Shown: positions 11,648 to 23,094 of the stretch, one piece after another
Position numbering within the stretch: position 1 is the stretch's first letter
How the letters are laid out: every line of letters starts with the position of its first letter
Assembly (NCBI RefSeq): GCF_964194155.1
Contig: NC_135881.1
Span: forward strand, 165,416,001 to 165,480,000
Direction: 5' to 3'
Length of the DNA stretch: 64,000 nucleotides
DNA from: Cetorhinus maximus
Taxonomy: Eukaryota
Made by a program: the position numbers and the translations under genes
The notes under the pieces: generated by a model
Told to the model about the DNA's origin: nothing
What the model saw: only the letters and a program-made list of their open reading frames with translations
Databases searched by the model: none

Positions 11648-13044
11648 GGCATATGTAAATATTGATCTCCCATTACTTTGCAGAAACTAAACTAATACTT
11701 TGACATGATACATTCTCAGCATCAATGAAAAATGCAACCTATATATACGCTTCACCAGACGCCATGCACCGTCAGACAACATTTCCATTGATTCTGACAG
11801 AGAATAAACAATGCACCATCCACAAAAAAAGACGCACTGAAAATTAAATGAGTTCTAGCAGATAAATTTGATATTGAAAAGTGATTGTGTGAGGGATACC
11901 TAGTTTTCAGAGATGAAGGCAGTTTCTGTATGATTCTTACCTACTGCACTGACGGCACATTTGAAATGTAAAATGTGACCTGTCACCTGCCCTTCATCAT
12001 GCAATCTGGCCCACAACATTACTGGTTTGAACAAAACTTTATTATACACTGGGAATAAAATATACTGTACTAATTGTGCTAACTGGCTTTTTCTTGTGTT
12101 CATGTTCAATTTAATGTTTCAAACAGATTCTGGGATTTGGAACATAATTAGATTGATAAGGTTTTCCTTACTTGTTTCTGCTTAATGTATTTATATTATT
12201 TACTATTTATTGCCTGAAATAATGTATTCTGACTGCCGACGTATTGCTCTACGCTAACAAAATACATATACGGAAGGTAAATCAATGGGTTATATAGCAT
12301 CGTCCGTTCACTGCCAGGATATGGGTTCAAATCTGGCTCGGGCTAATGGGATTGAACTGTCTCTGACTATTTTAGGAATCCTAAATAAAATGTGTAATTT
12401 AACTCCCAATTCCTACTGAGCATGAGTCCATGGCACAAACTGCCTATAAGAGCATTCTATGCATTAGATTGACAGTCGTAGACAAGCTAGGAGGATGCCT
12501 GCTGCAGTGCTTTGAAAATGTTCGTAATGCAGTCAAACATTCTGTTTTGACTTTAAATGCATTGTTGATATAAAGTGCAATAAGCTGTGAAAAGATACTA
12601 AGTTTTGTGCGTGTATACAAGTAACACAATCCTGGGTTGCTGGTAAGAATTTATGTTTCACTAGTAACCAGTAACGTTTACTCAGCAGTTGGAAGTACTG
12701 TTATGTGCAAGAAACTGACATTTCCATCAGCGTGCAAGCTATTTCATCACCTGAGAAATCTGTGGAATTTCAGTTTCAGGCACTGTTTTTGACTTTACAG
12801 TTACTTTGATTAAAAATTTTCTAAGCTTTTTAATGCAAGAAGCTTGTTTTTAAGTTTAACATTGGTGCTATATTGAAAATTAGAAGGACAGCTCATATTT
12901 ATATACTGCCTTTTAAGAGATAAAACATTCCCAAGTTCACAGGAGTATTATAAAACAAAATATGGCACCAAGCCATGAGACATTAGGTCAAATGACCAAA
13001 CATTTAGTTAGAGAGGTAGATTTTTGGGAATGTCTTAAGTATTG

Positions 13045-13407
13045 AAAGAAGCTGAAAAAAGAGACTTGTCTAAGCTTTTCATCTTGCAATCATCAGGACA
13101 CTCACAAGAATGCCAATGTAAGGGAAAGACAACAATTTATACTGTATGTGAAGAGAGTGCTGATTGGCTGGGAAGTGGCATTGTCATGGAGAATACACCA
13201 CTGATGGTGACTGACAGTTAACTGCCAAGCATTGTTTGAAATTTAAACCAGGCAGCTTGAACCTGATTGATCAAGGCATTGCCCTGAGGAATGAGTCAGC
13301 GCATGGCTGTCACTTACTTTGTTCAACTGAAACAGGCGCAATGTATGTACATTTTCTTTGTGCCTGCAAAGAGCAGGGCCCTGTGTGTTAATATATGTAG
13401 CTTCCAT
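13045..13407 (-). mobile_element. Penelope-like element 3' end (family B): GIY-YIG C-terminus plus UTR
   Basis: Minus translation from 13407 gives EATYINTQGPALCRHKENVHTLRLF, resembling the C-terminus of Penelope GIY-YIG endonucleases; a hammerhead motif lies downstream. Confidence 0.75.
13067..13100 (-). ncRNA. Minimal type I hammerhead ribozyme motif (family B)
   Basis: TGTC CTGATGA TTGCAAGAT GAAA AGCT TA GACA: stem I TGTC/GACA, intact core boxes, palindromic AAGCTT stem III, weak stem II. Confidence 0.75.
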
Positions 13408-13606
13408 AGTGAGCAGTTTTAGCAGACAAGAGCAGGACCTGATAGTGCATTATGTGGACAAGCCAGATCTGGTGGTGTATTGGTAAACCAGTTGTCTCCC
13501 TTATCTTTTCAAGTTTGCATCCCTTGGGCTTAAGGGAGCAAAGATGAGGGTCACACCAAGAGGAATGGCTAGGGTGAAAGAGATAAATGGTTTTATTAGA
13601 GACTTG

Positions 13607-14138
13607 GGGGAGAATTTTCGGCTCGGCGAGTCGGATGCACACCCGCCGAACTGTCAAAGGCCTCTTAAGGCCATTAATTAACTAATTAAGCCTATTGAGA
13701 AAGCTGCCCGTCCAACCTTAAGGTTGGCGGGCAGGCGAAGAGCCCAGGTGGCCTTCGCATTTTTCATGGAACCTCATCCACGGGCAAGATGAGGTTCCAT
13801 GAATGTTTTTGAAATCTTGGAAAAAATTTTAATAAAATTAATTCACATGCCCCAGCTTGTGTGACAGTTTCACATGGGGGGACATGGTCGAAAGATTTTT
13901 TTCTCCTTTATTAACCTTTAGAAATTTTAAACTAATTTTCTGAGCTCTTTCGCGCACATGCGCGAAAAAGCGCACTCCCGACTCAGGGAACCGCGCCCCC
14001 CCCCCCGGGCTCGCACAGGGAGCACGCAGCCTTAATTGGCCCGCCCATACAAAATGACGGCGTGGACCCGATCGGGGGCGCCGATCGGGTCCACACCCAC
14101 CCCCACACAACCCCCCTGACGGGGGGGAAATTCTACCC
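13607..14138. mobile_element. GC-rich PIF/Harbinger-type MITE
   Basis: TIRs ggggagaattt / aaattctaccc, 3-bp TSD ttg (13604-13606 and 14139-14141), internal hairpins. Confidence 0.8.
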
Positions 14139-14639
14139 TTGGGCATCAAAGGTGGTGATGAGGGTGCCATTGATTGAGCAAATTAGGAGCTATAGAAACT
14201 TGCTGAAGGGAGGACCAAAAGCTCAAGAATTAAGATTTTGAAAATGCAGTTGCAAGCGAATTGGGGGTTAGGAGAATATAGGATGTTGGGCTGTGTGTGG
14301 AAGTGGCTTATGGGTGGAGAGCGATACAAGTTGGCCATGAATATGGGTTGGTGAATTTCCATTGAAGGACATTTATGGCAATGAACTCTGGAAAGAGAGC
14401 ATGTTGAATTGAGACAGAGGTTGAAATCATTGAGGATGAGAAATTGTTTGGTGCAGAGGTTGAGGAAGGAAAGCAGTGAAGATATCTTGATGAAATATTT
14501 TAATATACCTGGAAGGGCGTAAAGAATGATTTTTGAATGAGAGGTGAGGGTTGTGATGCTCAGAGGGGGAGAAAGTGCCAGAGAAGTAGGGGATCAAGGC
14601 AAGGTATAATCTAGTGATAGTCTCAGGGCAAGTAGGAGA

Positions 14640-17562
14640 AAATCACAGAATCTTAATGGCATAGAAGGAGGCCATTCAGTCCATCATGTCTGTACATGCT
14701 CTCCAAATGAGCATTATGACCCAGTGCCATTGCCCTGCCTTTTCCCCATACCCTTGCACATTGTTTCAATTCACATAATCATCTAATATCCTCTTGAATG
14801 CTTCGATTGAGCCTGCCTCCACCGTACTTCCAGGCAGTGCATTCCAGACTCGAACCACACGTTGTGTGAAAAAGTTTTTTTTCTCATGTCACACTTGCTT
14901 CTTTTGCAAATTACTTTAAATCTGTGCCCTCTCGTTCTTGATCCCTTTACAAGCGGGAACAACTTCTCTCTACCTATTCTGTACAGCTCCCTCATGATTT
15001 TGAATATCTCTATCAAATCTCCTCTTAGCTGCCTTCTCTCCAAGGAGAACAGTCCCCAACCTATCCTCATAGCTGAAGTTTCTCATCCCTGGAACCATTC
15101 TTGTAAACCCCTTCTGCACTCTCCCCAATGTGTTCACATCCTTCCTATAATATGGTGCTCAGAACTGTACACAATATTCCAGCTGAGGTCTAACAAATGT
15201 CTTATATAAATTCAGCATAACCTCCTTGCTCTTGTACTCTATGCCCCTATTAATAAAGCCCAGGATACTATATGCTTTATTAGCTGCTCTCTCCACTAGC
15301 CCTGCCACCTTCAATCATCTATGCACATATACACCCAAGTCTTTCAGCACCTGCACCCCTTCAAAATTTCACCCCTTATTTTATATTGTCTATCCATGTT
15401 CTTCCTACCAAAATGCATCACCTCTCATTTCTCCACGTTGAACTTCACCTGCCACCCATCTGCCCACTCCACCAACTTGTCTATGAATTCTTTAAGCTCC
15501 ACACCATCCTCCTCGCAGTTCACAACACTCCCAAGCTTCGTATCATCCACAAACTTTGAAATTGTCCCCTGCATGCCAAGATCTAGATGATTAATATATA
15601 TCAGGAACAGCAAGGGTCCAATACCGACCCCTAGGGAACTCCACTACAAACCTTCCACCAGCCCAAAAAATATCCATGGACCATTACCCTCTGCTTCATA
15701 CTTTTCATCAAATTTTGTATCCAAGTTGCTACTGTCCCTTTTATTCCATGAGCAATAGCTTTTCTCACAAGTCGGTTGTGTGACACTGTGTCAAATGCCT
15801 TTTCATAGTCCATGTACACCACATCAACAGCACAACCCTCATTGACCTTTTTTGTTACCTCTTCAAAAAAAGCTCCAAGTTAGTTAAACACAATTTCCCC
15901 TTTAGAAATCCATGCTGGCTCTTCCTTATCAACCCATATTTTACCATGTGACTGCTAATTCTATCCCGAATGATTGTTCCTAGAATCTTGCCCACCACTG
16001 AAGTTAAACTGACTGGCCTGTAATTGCTGGGCTTATCCTTACAACGTTTTGAACAAGGGCATAATGTTTGCAATTCTCCAGTCCCCTGGCACCACCCCTG
16101 AGTCTAAGGAAGACTGAAACATGGCCAGTGCCCCTGCAATTTCTACTCTCACTTCCTTCAGTATCCTTCAATGCATCTCTTCCGGTCCAGGTGCCTTGTC
16201 AGCTTTAAGTACCCACAGTCGATTCAACATCCTTCTTAACAATTTTGAACCCTTCTAGTGACAGAGTTTCGTCATCTGTCTCTATGGCCTGGGTATCATC
16301 TACCTCCATGCTAAAGTCAGATGCATAGTATTCATTTAATACCTTAGCCATGGCCCCTTCGTCCATGTGTAAATTCCCTTTTAGGTCCCTAATCGACCAT
16401 ACACCACCTTTTACCACCTTTTTACTATTTATATGCCTATAGAAGACTTTGGGATTCCCCTTATGTTGGCAGTCAGTCTTTTCTCATAATCTCTCTTTGC
16501 TTCCCTAATATGCTTTTTCACCTCCCCTCTGGACCTTCTGTATTTCTCTTGGTTCTCAATTGTGTTTTCTACCTGACACCTGTCGTAAGCACATTTTTTC
16601 TTCTTTATCTTAATTTCAATCTCCTTTTTCATCCAGGGAGCTCTGGATTTGCTTGTACTACCTTTCCCTTTCGATGGAATATACCTTGACTGTGCCCGAA
16701 CCAATTCTTTATTGAAGGTAGCCCATTGTTCAGCTACAGTTTTACTTGTCAATCTTTCATTCCAGCCTATTTGGCCCAGCTCCATTCTTGCCCCATGGAA
16801 GTTGGCTGTTGTCCAGTTAATTATTCTTACACTGGATTGCCTATCATCCTTTTCTATCATCATTCTAAAACGTACAATACAATGATCACTGTCTCCTAAA
16901 TGCTCCCCCCACTGACACTTGATCCACTTGGCCCATCTCATTTCCAAGAGCCAGGCCCAACAGTGCATCTTTTCTTGTTGGATTGGGGACACACTGCTGT
17001 AGAAAATTTTCCTGAACACAATCTAGGAACCTTTGTCCCTCTCCGCCCTTTACACTACCGCTATCCCAGTCTATACTTGGGTAATTAAAGTCCCCCATTA
17101 CAATTACTCTATAATGCCTGCATCTCTCTGTAATTTCCCTGCAGATTTGTTCTTCTACATCCTTCTCACTATTTGGCAGTCAATAGAATACACCGAGCAA
17201 TGTAATTGCACCCTTTTTTGTTCTTTAGCTCTAGCCAAATTGATTCTGTCCTTGAACCCTCTGGGACATCCCCTTTCTGCAACTCTTTCTGTAATGCTCT
17301 CCTTAACCAATATTGCCACCCCACCTCCTTTTCTTCCTTTTCCTTTCTCTTCTGAGCACCTTGTACCCAGGAATATTTAACACCCAGTTCTGCCCTCCCT
17401 TGAGCCAGGTCTCTGTTATTGCCACAACATTACATTTCCACATGGCAATCTGCGCCTGTAACTCCCCAATCTTATTTACTATACTCCGTGCATTCACATA
17501 CATGCATAGTAACCCTGATTTAGATTTTGTTACTTTCTCCCTTACCCTAACTTTACCTATAA
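14640..17562 (-). mobile_element. CR1 LINE with near-complete but degraded ORF2 (APE-RT)
   Basis: Minus ORFs: YVNARSIVNK/AITETWL, MGDFNYP, NYRPVSLTSVVGK, VYMDYEKAFD, ISKFVDDTKLG, LFSLERRQLRGDLIE; 3' tail near 14640. Confidence 0.92.
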
Positions 17563-18239
17563 ATATATCCAGGCAAGGAGGGTTCATTAAGTGGAAAGGG
17601 GTCATCACCCCTCAGCCAAGTTTCCGCTAAGGCCATGATGTCGATGCAATCATCCAGAATAAATTCATGGATGGCAAGGGCTTTGTTCACAATTGAACAG
17701 ACATTCTGGAGGAAGCTAGCTGACGAGAGTTGAAAATGTTTATCTTTAAGTGATAGTAGAGGGGTTGCTGATTAAGGTTCTTGGGTATATCAAGCTTAAA
17801 GTTGCACAAGGATGGAATACTTGGATCATTGTAGAAATTGTGAAGTTTTGCCTTTCAGCCCAAGATTCTGGAGGGTTTCATCTGCAACAACTGCAAGCTC
17901 AACTGTGCACTCATAGCTGAGGTGGTTAACCTTAGTGAGTAGCTGGCCATGCAGAAAAATATTAAGGAGAGAGAAGTTTTTAAGTATAGATAAAACTATA
18001 CTTAAAACTCCAATGTGCCGTAAAGGATGCTTGGAGGTAAGCAACTAAATAGGAAATGTTCTCAATTGGTAAATGGGATCAAACACCTCAAGTTTGAGAA
18101 ATTCAGATAATAGCTTACTCTCCCATATTGTAGTATACCAAACTTGATTTGAAGAGAGCATCTCAGGCAGCATTTAATTTCATCACTGAATCTAAATTAA
18201 AATACAACTGTTTAAAAGAACTGGTTAACAAGAATGTGT

Positions 18240-18468
18240 TTTAAATAGGAAAAACTTTCTTATGCAGTGGAATGCACTGCCTGAAATATGGTGGAGGGTG
18301 ATTCACTTGTGGTTTTCAAAAGGATAATTATTTAAATAGAAAAAAAATGCAGGGCTTTGGGAAAATGGGGAGTGGGACTCGCTGAGTTGCTCTTTCACGG
18401 AGCTGGCTTGTACACGATGGGCTGAATGGCCGCCTTGTGTGCTGTAACCATTCTATTATTGTATGAAA
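18240..18468 (+). mobile_element. CR1 3' end fragment
   Basis: tggaatgcactgcctgaa...atgggctgaatggccgccttgtgtgctgtaaccattctat. Confidence 0.7.
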
Positions 18469-18510
18469 TATCTCCTTGAAGTACTTTTACCTATGTACTG
18501 GTGTTGACTA

Positions 18511-18700
18511 GGGGCCGATTAGCTCAGTCGGCTAGACAGCTAGCAAGTAGTTCAGAATAAAGCCAACAGCGTGGAATTCAATCACTGTTCTGGCTGAGAT
18601 AGACTTGGGGCTTCCTTGCCCTGCCCCTTAGTTTAATCACTACATAAGCCTTGATTCAGCGACTCTTGAATAATCAAGGATGCTACCTGAAGAAGAAGAC
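18511..18700 (+). mobile_element. tRNA-derived SINE with (GAA)n tail
   Basis: A-box tagctcagtcgg after a ggggcc start, B-box-like ggaattcaatc, and a 3' end ctgaagaagaag. Confidence 0.6.
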
Positions 18701-19024
18701 TGTTTTTCACAGTTTCAATTTCTTGTTTCCTAAAGTTTTAGCACTCTAAATATTAGAGAAATGTTTTATCAGGGCTTGCCTATGTTCTTTGCTTTAGCTT
18801 AAAAGAAGCTTCACCACTTCAGTTTGTTTCTAAATGGCTTATATTGTTGGAGTGATATATAGCCAAGAATTCAGACAAACTAAATGTATACTATTTCTAG
18901 AGCATTCATTAATCTAGAGCATTGTTGTATTCAGGGGAATAAATTATGTAAACAATAATAGACCATTGTGTATAAGCTTGGCTCAATAATAGCACCCTCA
19001 CCTTTCAAGCACTGCATGATCTTG

Positions 19025-19155
19025 ACTTTTTTTTATTCTTTCACGGGACATGGGTGCTGCTGGCAAGCCCAGCACTTTTATTGTCTATTCCTAATTGCCC
19101 TTGGGAAGGTAGTGGTGAGCCGCTGCCTTGAACTGTTGCAGTCTATGTGGTGTTC
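19025..19155 (-). mobile_element. 3' end of the LINE family seen at 1-786
   Basis: Similar to 34738-34860, which itself overlaps the sequence at 1-170. Confidence 0.6.
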
Positions 19156-19640
19156 ACCAATTCCTTGCCTTTTTACAGAATAAGTTTCCTATAATCTGAA
19201 AATGTTAGTTGTCAGAAGACCTTTGCACATCCTCACGGGGTCACCAGTGCTTGATTCTTTCATCACATTTGTTCCTCCAACTGTAAATCCAGTGGCCCGG
19301 AATTTCCTGACATCTTGGTGCATAATAATGGTGCACACCATTATTCTAGGACGTTAGTTCGAGACAATTATATTATAAAATATTTATGCTAGTTTTTATA
19401 CCATGCCAAAATTATCTGAGCAGTTTGCTTCTGATCAATCTCCTGGGATCAGCACCATTGCCACTATGGTGTTGGATATTGAGTTTCCCAGCAAATTTTG
19501 GCCTTGGATTGGTGCTGCAAGGTTGGGGGAACTTATTTATTTAGTGAATGCAAATCCCCAGAGCCAAGCAATCACCTCGTTAGCTGAATTTAAGGTGATT
19601 AGTTTGCCACTTAATCTATAGAGGAGACACTCATCAGTAA

Positions 19641-19790
19641 AAAAATTCTTTCGAGTTATCAACAGTCACAGATTGCAACTCTTTCGAGTACAATCACAGT
19701 TCTTGGTTTCCGGGAGTGGGAGATGAACCCACAACCCTCTGATTCAAAGGCGAGGGTGCTATGAACTGAGCCACAGCTGACACCTCCACG
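19641..19790 (-). mobile_element. Short tRNA-headed SINE (SacSINE1-like head) with an atypical tail
   Basis: Minus strand gtcagctgtggctcagttcatagcaccctcgcctttgaatcagagggttgtgggttcatctcccactcc (A and B boxes); 11-bp direct repeats ctcatcagtaa at 19630-19640 and 19791-19801. Confidence 0.75.
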
Positions 19791-19844
19791 CTCATCAGTA
19801 ATGTGCAGCATTTTTTGTGTGCCTCCACAAGTGCTTAAGGGGTT

Positions 19845-20710
19845 TATATTGAGGCCCCCCCCCACCGTGACGGAGGTTGGCTGCACAAGGATCCTGACTT
19901 GTCCTGAACCTGTTTAGCAAGAACCACTCATGTCATGGTAGATTAAAGCCTGCTATTCGACAGGTGGGGTTTGTCACAAGCAGCTTATTAGTGACTTCCC
20001 GTGTTTCCCATTCCTTGGTCCAAAGGATGTCTGTTGGTAGACCTTGCTCAGGGAGATTGCTTCATATGGGGTGCCGAGTTGGAAGGTGAGCAGTAGGTGG
20101 GTTGAATATATCATTGTGGAGCGCTAAATGAGGTGCATCAGGGATGTTTTCAACCAGCTTGTGGGTTTTCATCAGTTGGCGATGTGTGGGGGAGTGATGT
20201 TTGTGAGGACAAGAAGCGGGCAGGAGGTGGTGGGGGGAGATGTTGAGTGGAGAGTTCCAGTTATGATGCACATTGTTGCATACAATTGAGTGCCAACAAG
20301 GTGTGTGTGCGATGACCTATACCATACAGGTGCACAGTACTCTGCTGCAGAGTATGATAGGGCAAGTGTTGAGGTCCGGAGTGTTGTGGCAGCTGCGCCC
20401 CATGTAGATCCAGCAAATTTGGTTAATAAATTGTTCCTGGTTTTGACCTTTGCTGCTTTTTTCTTCAGATGTCCCTGAAAAGACAGAGCCCTATCTAGAG
20501 TGACTTTAGTCTCTGACCATCCAAGTAAACATGCAATTCTTTTTTGGCACTGGTGTTATGGAGGTGGATACACTGGATATAGTTTTAGAAGAATTAAATG
20601 TAAGTCGCCATGCACTGCAGTCATCCATCAACTTTCTAACGTCTTGGTTAAGCATCTGGTCCAGGGTGCAGAAGGATGGGATTTGTGGGAAACAACAATC
20701 TTTCTTATGA
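19845..20710 (-). mobile_element. Vingi/Ingi-like LINE 3' fragment
   Basis: Minus translation near 20320-20460 gives AAKVKTRNNLLTKFAGSTWGAAATTLRTSTLALSYSAAEYCAPVW, matching the recalled Vingi motif LAGxxWG...LALxYSAAEYxxPVW. Confidence 0.7.
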
Positions 20711-22564
20711 CGCTCATCACCAATCATGTAATTGTAGCAAATTCCCAGCTAAAATGTGGATGTTCTGGAATTGGCTGTAAATATGTATAAAATTGTATCA
20801 ATATAATTTAACAACTTTGCCTAAAAACAGCTTGTTTCAAGTCAGTTACTTTGATTAATCAGATCGCAGGCTCTTTGCTCAAGTTAGATATTTGAATATA
20901 CCAATGCTAAAAGAGAAATTAGAGGACAAAGCCCACAGGTTTTGTCAGCTAGGGCTTTGTCTTCAACAAGTTATTTGTTTTTAATTAATTTTGCTTGAAA
21001 AACATTCTTGAGTTGGAATGATTGAAGCTTTGGAAACTTCCTGAAGTATATTTTTGTTTATATGTTGTGCCTGTTACTACTTGTCAAACTTCTGCAAATA
21101 AAGTATATTTGTTTTATCCTTGAAAATTTGGATCTAAGTTTAATATCTACCATTCTGAAATGATTGTTAGCATAATTTGAGAATACTGTGATGAGCTATG
21201 AGATCAAAATCTTTTCTATAAAACCTAAAGTGGGAATAACCAGTCAGTTCTTAAGTGTTGCATATTGTCATTTATACCAAATTCTTTTATATTACAGTGC
21301 ATAGGGCTCATCTTGACCTAAAGAAATATGCAAGCACAGTGCAGAAGCCAAGCAAAAATGAAAACCAGACATTTCTGCATTTTGACATCTGTGTATGCAT
21401 AATCTTTAACAATGTTGCATTAAGTTGCATATATGCTGCACTTTATTTTTTAAAAATACTTTAAAATTGATGTGGCCATCATGTGATTGTTTCTCTTTGG
21501 GAAGAGGGCTCAAATTTGGAATATAATTTATATGCAATGATGGTATTATGGTAGAATGTTATCATCATTCTGTAGCGATCCCATTCCGAGGAACAGTGAT
21601 CTATTCAGTAAAGACTGCCTTTAGCAGACTGAACTCGGAGGCATTGTAATTTAGTTAACGTACTAATTTGAAATTCTCTAAAAGGTTCAATTGGTTCAAT
21701 TAGCATTCTCAGCTTCGTGCTGGACAAAATAGCATCTACAAAACTCTCTGGACACAAGACAGAACCATTATTTATTAATTATTCAAGTGAAAAGCAGCTA
21801 AGCGTAGACAGATGATTCCAGCATCACTGTAGAACAGACCGTCTTCACAGTGGGAGCCAAATTAATCCATGAAGTAAGCCTTCAGTACCAAGCTATACTC
21901 CAGAAACAAAGGTTACATAAACAACGGAAGTTTTAATGCAACAGCAGGCTTTCATTATTCAAAATAAAACAAGCCATTTTGGGGTTAGTGATATTCAAGC
22001 TGGGTTTGTATTTGATTACCTTTACTTAATACAGGAAGATGGTTTACAAAAAGAAAAAATAGGCTATATGATAAACCTGCCACAGTAAAAATACGTAAAG
22101 TTTAAAAAGGATCAGAATTTGATTTTAAGACACGTGTTCAAAGTATACTGCATAGATGGATTAAAGGGGAAGCTAAATAAACACAAGGGAGAAAGAAATA
22201 AAAAGTAATGCTAACAGGGTTGGATAAAGAAGGGTGGTAGGTGGCTTGGGTCAAGCATAAACACTAGCATGGACCATTTTTGTGCTATACATTCAATATA
22301 ATTCTGTCATTTTCTGTAATTGCTTTAATTACTGAATTCGTCTAAGATTACCTTTAACCGCTGAGAATATTTGTACATAAATGAGTTGCTTGTAAAAAAA
22401 ATTTTTTAAAATCCTTCATCAGTATTTATGCTTTTAAACATATCTTTCTATTCTTCATGGCTTTTTTGCTTGCTTGATGCAGCAAGTGTACTGTGTAGTC
22501 AAGGCAGAACATATGTTTTATTGAAATGTAACCACTGCAATTTTGAGTGAAGTTAGAAATATTA

Positions 22565-23094
22565 TCATAGAATGGTACAGCATAGAAGGAAGCTATTTGG
22601 CCCATTATGTCTCTTGGATAGAGCTACCCAATTAATCCCACTCCACTGTTCTTCCCCTGTAGATCTGTAATTCTTCCACCCCCCCCCCCGATTCTCAAGT
22701 ATTTGTCCAACATTATCTTGAATGTTACTAATGAGTGTATACTGGATTGTAACAAATCACCACACGTGTTTATCTTCTTTGATGTTGCTTCTGGTTATTT
22801 TGCCATTGTGTCCATGTTGCCACTGTCCCTATTATCCTATGGGTTTTTATTTTGCAAACAAGTCTATTATATGGTACTTTGTCAAATGCCTTTTAAAAGT
22901 CCATATAAACGTCTTTTAAAAGTCTATATAAACGACATCAACCTCACTACCCTCACCTACCCTTTCCATTACTTCATCAAAGAACTTGATCAAGTTCGTC
23001 AAACATGACTTGCCTTTAACACATCGTGCTGGCTTTCGTTATAAACCCATACTTTTCCAAATGCCAGTTAATTTTATCCCAAATTACTGTCTTT
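22565..23094 (-). mobile_element. CR1 fragments (3' tail plus RT piece)
   Basis: atcatagaatggtacagcatagaaggaagc tail; KINWHLEKYGFITKAS peptide; 23-bp tandem duplication at 22890-22935. Confidence 0.7.

Larger units (their letters stand above)
12895..17720 (-). mobile_element. Old fragmented L2 LINE hosting three younger insertions
   Basis: APE N-terminus at 17575-17715 (LQNVCSIVNKALAIHEFILDDCIDIMALAETWL), purine-rich decayed pieces at 13410-13603 and 14142-14640, and an L2-like 3' end at 12895-13040. Confidence 0.55.

Noticed and set aside
18511-18595. Possible tRNA genes here and at 19710-19785
   Set aside because: A and B boxes are present but there is no consistent cloverleaf, and both run into SINE-like tails.
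19630-19801. CTGATGA in the TSD plus CTCGAAA in the SINE tail as a possible permuted hammerhead
   Set aside because: Stems II and III cannot be paired convincingly, so this is probably coincidence.
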